Shown here: positions 58,657-64,000 of the stretch, piece after piece
Layout: each line of letters opens with the position of its first letter
Position numbering within the stretch: position 1 is the first letter of the stretch
Assembly (NCBI GenBank): GCA_050942955.1
Contig: JBMNOG010000002.1
Span: 32,762-96,761 of the forward strand
Origin: Patescibacteria group bacterium
GTDB lineage: Bacteria > Patescibacteriota > Microgenomatia > UBA1400 > UBA1449
Direction of reading: 5' to 3'
DNA: 64,000 nt
Program-made: the position numbers and the translations under genes
The notes under the pieces: generated by a model
What the model was told of the DNA's origin: nothing
Seen by the model: the letters and a program-made list of their open reading frames with translations, nothing else
Database searches by the model: none

Positions 58657-59305
58657 AAACATTCTTTCGGAAAACGACAAACTTGCCCTAAAAATACGAA
58701 AAAAACTAAATGAAAACAATATTTTTTCTATAAATGTAATGGCTTCTCCAGGGGCAGGGAAGACTAGTTTAATTAATCAAACAATTGAGAACTTGAAAAG
58801 AAAGCACCGGGTTGCGGTTATAGATGGGGATGTTGTTGATGTGGATTTAAAGAAAATGGCACACCACGGAGTTCCGACTGTTTTAGCAAATACTGGCGGA
58901 GCTTGCCATATGGACGCTGTTATGATGGAAAAGGCCATTGCTTCCCTTCCTCTTTCTGAAATAGATCTACTTATCGTTGAAAATGTCGGTAACCTTATTT
59001 GTCCTGCCAGTTTTGACTTAGGTACCCATAAGAGTGTAGTTATTGCCAGTGTTCCTGAGGGAGATGATAAACCATATAAATATCCGGCAATGTTTAAAGG
59101 TGCAGATATACTTATACTTAACAAAGCTGACTACCTGAAACATGAAAATTTCGATATTGAGTATTTCCTAAACGGAGTTAAACAACTTAATGACAAACTG
59201 GAGTTCTTCATGCTTTCCTGTAAAACCTTGAAAGGAATAGACCAATGGTTGAATTGGGTAGAGAAGCATCTACTGCAAGAGTTCAAACCGAACCGGAACT
59301 CTTAA
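58619..59305 (+). CDS. hypB: Nickel-dependent GTPase HypB (no His-rich N-terminal stretch)
   Basis: SPGAGKTSL (P-loop), metal-site GGACHMDA, ENVGNLICP, NKAD. It overlaps hypA by 38 nt, or 26 nt if it starts at the second Met (58631). Confidence 0.8.
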   Translation: MKEKMTKTIKVNENILSENDKLALKIRKKLNENNIFSINVMASPGAGKTSLINQTIENLKRKHRVAVIDGDVVDVDLKKMAHHGVPTVLANTGGACHMDAVMMEKAIASLPLSEIDLLIVENVGNLICPASFDLGTHKSVVIASVPEGDDKPYKYPAMFKGADILILNKADYLKHENFDIEYFLNGVKQLNDKLEFFMLSCKTLKGIDQWLNWVEKHLLQEFKPNRNS

Positions 59306-59845
59306 CTCTTCTTCATTTTCCGGTAACCCTGAAGGATTTGCTTTTTCAAGAACTAAGGTCCCTTCTTCAGCTTCTGACTCCTGAAACGTGATCGTCGCTT
59401 CATAGGGAACAAAGCCTTCTGTCATCCAATCATCTTGAGCTTGAGCAATCCCTTCGGCTATTAGTTTGCCTTCTGTATTTTCCAATCTAACAGGAAATTG
59501 GGCTTCAAAATACCAAGTTCCACGAGCTTCTCCTGAAATTTCTAACGGGCTTTCGACTACTTCATTCGGTCTCGGCATATCAATCCGGATTGTGTCTTCT
59601 TTCTCTAAGGTGTTTCCAATATCTTCTGTAAACGTCTGACCGTTTACTCTGCACTGTCTTGGAAAAGATTCCATTACCGGATTCCCTGCTTCAACACACT
59701 CTTCAAATGAAGTGATTTCCTGGGTAGGAGTTTGGGTTGGAGTAGGAAAAGGGGAGGGCATAGTCTGACTACTGGTAAAAAGAAATAAACTTACCACTGC
59801 TATCGCAGCAAAAATAACGATGAGTATAAAGATACTTTTGTTCAT
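59270..59845 (-). CDS. Membrane-anchored hypothetical protein with a Pro/Thr linker
   Basis: TM segment IFILIVIFAAIAVVSLFLF; linker PSPFPTPTQTPTQ. Its 3' end overlaps the hypB 3' end (convergent). Confidence 0.5.
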   Translation of the reverse strand: MNKSIFILIVIFAAIAVVSLFLFTSSQTMPSPFPTPTQTPTQEITSFEECVEAGNPVMESFPRQCRVNGQTFTEDIGNTLEKEDTIRIDMPRPNEVVESPLEISGEARGTWYFEAQFPVRLENTEGKLIAEGIAQAQDDWMTEGFVPYEATITFQESEAEEGTLVLEKANPSGLPENEEELRVPVRFELLQ

Positions 59846-59938
59846 ATCATAATTATTGTAACACCTGCTATTAGTTGTTTTTAAAACTCTTACACTCTTC
59901 AAAACAAACTTTTACACTAATAACAGTTTACCATTATA

Positions 59939-60020
59939 TTTACAATTAACTTGACAATTAGTACTTGACAAACTTGACATATATGTTTACAATTAACTTT
60001 ACAATTATTTGACATAAGTT
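59939..60020 (+). promoter_or_regulatory. Operator/promoter array upstream of the fic gene
   Basis: A 22-bp direct repeat, TTTACAATTAACTTGACAATTA at 59939-59960 and TTTACAATTAACTTTACAATTA at 59986-60007 (one mismatch). Tandem ACTTGACA boxes. Best promoter fit is -35 TTGACA (59965-59970), 17-nt spacer, -10 TACAAT (59988-59993). Confidence 0.5.
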
Positions 60021-60027
60021 CCACTAA

Positions 60028-61056
60028 GTGAATTGTATGTTTCAACCCAAATACACGCTCACAAACAAACTTTTCTCAAACGTTGCTACCTCTGAAAGGC
60101 TCTATGGCCAAATAGAAGCTCTAAGGCTGCCTGAAAAACTACACCTAAACCTTAAGCGCAAAAATTTAGTTGAGTCTGCATACTATTCAAATAAAATTGA
60201 AGGCAACCCGATGACCCTACCGGAAGTAACCAACCTGCTTCTGGATTCACGAGTTCCTGTTAATCGAGATGAAAAAGAGGTGGCCAATTACTTTGATATG
60301 CTGGAAAAACTGAATGAGTATACGGAAACATCTATAACTACCGATTTTGTCGCAAATATCCACGGCAGACTTTTTACAAACATTCACGAAAAGGCGGGTG
60401 AGTTCAGGAATGAAATTGTGGCTGTCGGCCGGTATACCGGGGAAGGGGATAATGTCTCATTTAAAGTAAAGCATTTGCCGCCGTTTCATGCCCAATCTGA
60501 GATAAGGCAAGCCTTAGGTGAACTTCTTGACTGGGTTAATCACCAGCAAGAGCTGCCTATAGTTATAAAGGCTGGCATTTTTCATCATGAGTTTGTCTAT
60601 ATCCATCCGTTTGAAGATGGTAACGGCCGGGTTTGCCGGATTCTGTCAGCGCTTCAATTTCTTAAAGCCAACTACCGCATCAATAAATACTTTATTTTAG
60701 ACGACTACTACGATCTTGACCGCATCCAGTATTCAGATATGCTTCATAGTGCTGATGAAGGTGATAAAACTCAGTGGCTTGAGTACTTCTCTGACGGAGT
60801 GAAATACTCGCTACAAAGCGCTCTAGCAAAAGCCCAGAATGCCGTACGGACTTTGAAAATCGCTGAAAGACCAACCGCTAAGGAACGAGTGGTATTAACC
60901 ATGATGACCAAGCAGCCGGAGATTACTTCAAAAGAAGTTTCCCAAAACTTGGGTGTCTCAAGACAACAAGCTCATAATTTATTAAGCTCCCTGGTTGAAA
61001 AAGGGTTAGTTGAGCGCAAAGGTACTACCAAATCCAGCTACTATATGCTGAAATAG
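60028..61056 (+). CDS. fic: Fic-family protein (class II, intrinsic N-terminal inhibitory motif) with a C-terminal winged-helix domain
   Basis: Fic motif HPFEDGNGRVCR; inhibitory (S/T)xxxE(G/N) as SNKIEG near residue 55; C-terminal HTH-like ITSKEVSQNLGVSRQQAHNLLSSLVEKG. GTG start at 60028 (alternative ATG at 60037). Confidence 0.85.
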   Translation: MNCMFQPKYTLTNKLFSNVATSERLYGQIEALRLPEKLHLNLKRKNLVESAYYSNKIEGNPMTLPEVTNLLLDSRVPVNRDEKEVANYFDMLEKLNEYTETSITTDFVANIHGRLFTNIHEKAGEFRNEIVAVGRYTGEGDNVSFKVKHLPPFHAQSEIRQALGELLDWVNHQQELPIVIKAGIFHHEFVYIHPFEDGNGRVCRILSALQFLKANYRINKYFILDDYYDLDRIQYSDMLHSADEGDKTQWLEYFSDGVKYSLQSALAKAQNAVRTLKIAERPTAKERVVLTMMTKQPEITSKEVSQNLGVSRQQAHNLLSSLVEKGLVERKGTTKSSYYMLK

Positions 61057-61184
61057 AATCTCAAGAATTCCTAGAGCCCTACATAAACGCATGAAGTGTA
61101 CTGAAAATGCTTGTGTCGTTTATAAAAGCCATGTTTAATGATAAACATAATTTCACAAGAATTATAGGAGTCTGGGAATTTTTA

Positions 61185-61952
61185 TTAGAGAGTATTGTGT
61201 TCTAGAATAGTGTTCCCCGATATTTCCACCCACATTCGAGCTTCATTGTTATCATAATTGCTTTCCCATATTTTTTTATCTTCATTAACAATCGTTCGAA
61301 TAAGGTATCTTCCGTCCGGAATGGAGCTTATATTAAGTTCCTGGCCTTCAACCGTAGCTCTATATGTGTCTGACCAACCTGGAGATATTCCCTGAATATC
61401 AGAATTGCACCCAGTATACTGCTGGGTCTTTGGCGCATTTTCAACTTCTAAATTATACGCTTCTTCGTCCCAAATACAAAAACTCATTTTATTAGTAGTA
61501 GTCAAGAGTTCTATAGGTTTTCCATTTTTGTCATAATTCCAAAGCTGGAACTCAACATAATCTTCGATATGCCAGTGACCATGAGACGGATGAAGAACAA
61601 ATGTTCCGATAAATTTTTCTTCAACTGTCCCATTCTCCCTATAAATTTTCTGAAAAGCTTGGGTACGCCAGTTTTCAAAATCACGCTCACCTCTAATTTC
61701 TAACGAGCCTTTTCCAAGATTGATAAAGGTTGTGCTAAAACGAAGCTTTCTTCCGTTTAATAGCGGTTCAATATACAGTTCTTTTGGTGGCAAAACTACT
61801 AAGTCGGGCAAAAGCAGAACTAGATTGCCTTGTTCTTTTAAAGAATCAGAAGGTTTCTGTTGTTGGGTAAAACGCTTATCTGCTCGAGAAAACTGCACCA
61901 CTGCAAAGACAAGACTGACTACAAAACTTACTAGCAAAATAAATCTTTTCAT
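61185..61952 (-). CDS. Secreted lysyl oxidase (LOX) catalytic-domain homolog (copper/LTQ amine oxidase family)
   Basis: Signal peptide. The His cluster HPSHGHWHIEDY parallels the LOX Cu site (WEWHSCHQHYH). KMSFCIWDE parallels KASFCLEDT (the LTQ Lys), and QGISPGWSDTYRATVEGQELNISSIPDGRYLIRTIVN...SNYDNNEARMWVEI parallels [37 protein letters not shown]...SDYTNNVVRCDI (the LTQ Tyr). Confidence 0.7.
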   Translation of the reverse strand: MKRFILLVSFVVSLVFAVVQFSRADKRFTQQQKPSDSLKEQGNLVLLLPDLVVLPPKELYIEPLLNGRKLRFSTTFINLGKGSLEIRGERDFENWRTQAFQKIYRENGTVEEKFIGTFVLHPSHGHWHIEDYVEFQLWNYDKNGKPIELLTTTNKMSFCIWDEEAYNLEVENAPKTQQYTGCNSDIQGISPGWSDTYRATVEGQELNISSIPDGRYLIRTIVNEDKKIWESNYDNNEARMWVEISGNTILEHNTL

Positions 61953-62123
61953 ACCAAAAGCTTATTAAGGGACTATTAGGTTTTAGTATTGGTTGTGTAA
62001 TAGTTAAATAAGGGTAACGATACCTTTTAACTTTTTTTTACAGAATATTTATTCTGATATCTTACTTACTCCTTTTTCACATATTTCTTATACAAAAATG
62101 AATAATCAATACACAAACGCTAT

Positions 62124-63221
62124 ATGAGCAAAACAGTACTGCTAACTCTAGTCATAGTTCTAGTAGGTATTGGAATTTTCTTCCTTTATAGTAGGGGTTT
62201 GCTCAGCAACAGAAATCAACTTGGCACCTCCGGAACAGCTAATTCTTCTCAAGAAACTGAAGGGGTAACCGTAGTTGCCGAAAATTTGGAAGTTCCCTGG
62301 GCAATTGCTTTTCTTCCCAATCAAGACCTACTGGTTACAGAACGGCCAGGAAGAGTAAGGCGAGTTTCTCAGGATGGAACAGTTACAACTGTGGCAGAAA
62401 TAGATGAAGTCGAGCACGTCGGAGAAGGTGGTCTTCTTGGCATTACCCTTCATCCTGATTTTGCAGAAAATAACTTGCTGTACGTTTACTACACTTATGA
62501 AAGTGCGGAGGATCAAACACTCAATAGGGTAGTGCGCTACGGGTATGAAAATACTTCCCTTTCAAATCCACAAGTGATTGTGGACCAAATCCCGGGTGCT
62601 TCAAACCACAATGGCGGCAGAATTGCCTTTGGTCCCGACAACTTTCTCTATATCACCACCGGAGATGCTCAAGATCCCTCTTTAGCCCAGGATACCGATT
62701 CTTTAGCCGGAAAGATTTTGCGGGTAACAGATGAAGGAGAACCAGCCCCGGGAAATCCGTATAATAACGCCGTCTATTCCTATGGCCATAGAAATCCGCA
62801 GGGGTTGGCATGGGACGGAGAGCAACTGTGGGCAACAGAACATGGACCAAACGCCCGCGATGAACTGAATAGAATTGAGGCAGGCGAAAACTATGGCTGG
62901 CCGGAAATTGTGGAAGATGAACAAAGAGAAGGGATGCAGATGGCTATTATAAATAGCGGGAACAGCACTTGGGCACCGTCAGGACTAGCTTTTTCAGATG
63001 GCATTTTTTATTTTTCCGGCTTACGGGGAAATGCCTTGTTTGCCTTTAACCCTCAATCAAACAAACTGCAGCAGTATTTAAGAAACGAGTATGGCAGGCT
63101 GCGGGAAGCGACTATCGGACCGAATGGATTTTTGTACGTTACCACCAGCAACCGAGACGGAAGAGGAAGACCAAATCAAGGAGACGATAAAATTATACGC
63201 ATTAATCCCAACTCATTGTAG
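62124..63221 (+). CDS. PQQ-dependent soluble sugar (glucose/sorbosone) dehydrogenase-like beta-propeller protein, membrane-anchored
   Basis: N-terminal TM segment; LEVPWAIAFLPNQDLLVTERPGRV, GEGGLLGITLHPDF, HNGGRIAFGPD, GHRNPQGLAWD, ENYGWPE. Confidence 0.8.
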   Translation: MSKTVLLTLVIVLVGIGIFFLYSRGLLSNRNQLGTSGTANSSQETEGVTVVAENLEVPWAIAFLPNQDLLVTERPGRVRRVSQDGTVTTVAEIDEVEHVGEGGLLGITLHPDFAENNLLYVYYTYESAEDQTLNRVVRYGYENTSLSNPQVIVDQIPGASNHNGGRIAFGPDNFLYITTGDAQDPSLAQDTDSLAGKILRVTDEGEPAPGNPYNNAVYSYGHRNPQGLAWDGEQLWATEHGPNARDELNRIEAGENYGWPEIVEDEQREGMQMAIINSGNSTWAPSGLAFSDGIFYFSGLRGNALFAFNPQSNKLQQYLRNEYGRLREATIGPNGFLYVTTSNRDGRGRPNQGDDKIIRINPNSL

Positions 63222-63339
63222 TTTACGTCTTGCCAACCACCGCACAATTCGATTTGTAACTGGATTATACAGTCTCCTGTAAGGGGAGAGTAAAGAGGAA
63301 GTTTTAGGGGAAGAATTATTCTAAATTAAGCATCTGCAC

Positions 63340-64000
63340 CTCAGTATTATATACTTATACTTATTTTTGAATTTCCCCTCCAGAAAATTCTTAATTTATG
63401 AAAAGGTTCAACCCGATCAAGTGAATATTCAAAAAAGCAAATACCTATAACTTTTTCTGGTAAGATATTATTAAGACGATTTTGCAAATCTAAAGTTTCT
63501 TCTTTATATCTCTGTGGCATATTAAGTTCTTCAAAAAATGTAAAGGTGTCAGGATAGTAACCTGTATCTTGGAGATAGTTAACACATATAAATACAATAT
63601 TCTTGTCGTATATAGAAAACTGTTTATCTTTTTCTTTTAATTTTCACCTAACTGTGTATTCCAACTCATCAATTAAGTTTTTATTTTTGCAAGTATACTT
63701 CCAGTTTATATAAGACCCTCTTCTCTTACACTTAAATAAGCTGTAATTTTGAGTAGTTATCTTGTTTTTTCTAGAAGTATCTAAAGTAATAATTTCATTT
63801 CCGATTTTTTCAACCTCTTCTAAAATTTTTTTTCCTTTGTTAAGAAAAGTTTTTAGGCTAATTAATGAATAAGAAATTTCTATCGGGTGTTTAAGAACAT
63901 ATTTCTTACTCCGTAAAAATAGCAAAAGTCGCTCCTGAAACACCCAACAAACTTCAGTCTCATTTTTTATTGTTACTTCTATTCCAATTTTATTATTATG
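63340..64000 (-). pseudogene. AT-rich gene of unknown function that runs off the window edge and is interrupted by an in-frame TGA at 63646..63644
   Basis: The minus-strand frame is open from 64000 down to 63647 (…VCWVFQERLLLFLRSKKYVLKHPIEIS…ELEYTVR), then TGA, then open for another ~95 codons (KLKEKDKQFSIYDKNIVFICVNYLQDTGYYPDTFTFFEE…RIFWRGNSKISISI) with no usable start codon. Confidence 0.4.

Noticed and set aside
59939-60020. Possible CRISPR-like or mobile-element repeat upstream of fic
   Set aside because: There are only two copies of a 22-bp unit with promoter-like hexamers and no spacer/repeat periodicity, so this is an operator/promoter array, not CRISPR.
1-64000. Alternative genetic code (TGA as Gly or Trp, codes 25/4) as an explanation for the in-frame TGAs
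   Set aside because: pyrD and the YraN-family gene terminate at TGA at the homolog-expected lengths, and the many long conserved ORFs (729, 758 and 654 aa, typA, pyrG) are intact under the standard code. A TGA-sense genome would show many in-frame TGAs in such genes.
1-64000. tRNA, rRNA, CRISPR, integrase or transposase signatures
   Set aside because: Visual scans of all intergenic regions over 60 nt found no tRNA-like acceptor/T-arm patterns, no rRNA, no direct-repeat/spacer arrays and no recombinase ORFs.

Overview
This 64 kb window is gene-dense bacterial chromosomal DNA, roughly 40% GC. It uses the standard code: pyrD and the YraN-family gene end with TGA, and the long ORFs (729, 758 and 654 aa) are unbroken. 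There are many small membrane-anchored proteins and a salvage-type nucleotide metabolism, consistent with an uncultivated, reduced-genome Gram-positive-like or CPR-like bacterium; that placement is inference only. I found no rRNA, tRNA or CRISPR array.

The 5' third is a pyrimidine and central-metabolism block on the + strand. It runs ArgG-like gene (fused to an MGS-like domain), amidohydrolase, pyrD, pyrK, pyrE, pyrF, prs, pyrG, rplS, YraN-family gene, pgi and glgP. It is followed by housekeeping and repair genes: a LmbE-family deacetylase, ThpR, CapA and a DnaQ/GIY-YIG nuclease fusion.

The middle of the window is accessory. It holds two adjacent genes for large secreted proteins built from a new ~85-aa tandem repeat, a redoxin, DUF2267, an SDH/ClpP-like protease, a rhomboid, an orphan receiver domain with a cytoplasmic multi-PAS histidine kinase, a PspC/LiaF-like envelope-stress pair, many proteins with a TM anchor, Pro/Thr linker and globular domain, an M50 protease, MsrB, DUF2207, a second (apparently frameshifted) sensor kinase, an ABC-2 exporter, MntP and a GT-C glycosyltransferase.

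The 3' third holds typA, an ABC-F ATPase, a divergent PurA-like gene, rubrerythrin, a nitroreductase, a ferritin-like/VIT1 fusion, hflX, hypA-hypB, a class II Fic gene with an operator-like repeat array, a secreted lysyl-oxidase homolog and a PQQ sugar dehydrogenase. The window ends in an AT-rich segment carrying a TGA-interrupted gene.

The points I would look at first are the surface-repeat protein pair, the ArgG-MGS and amidohydrolase genes at the head of the pyr cluster, the bacterial lysyl oxidase, the Fic operator array, and three disrupted genes (one frameshift, two in-frame TGAs).
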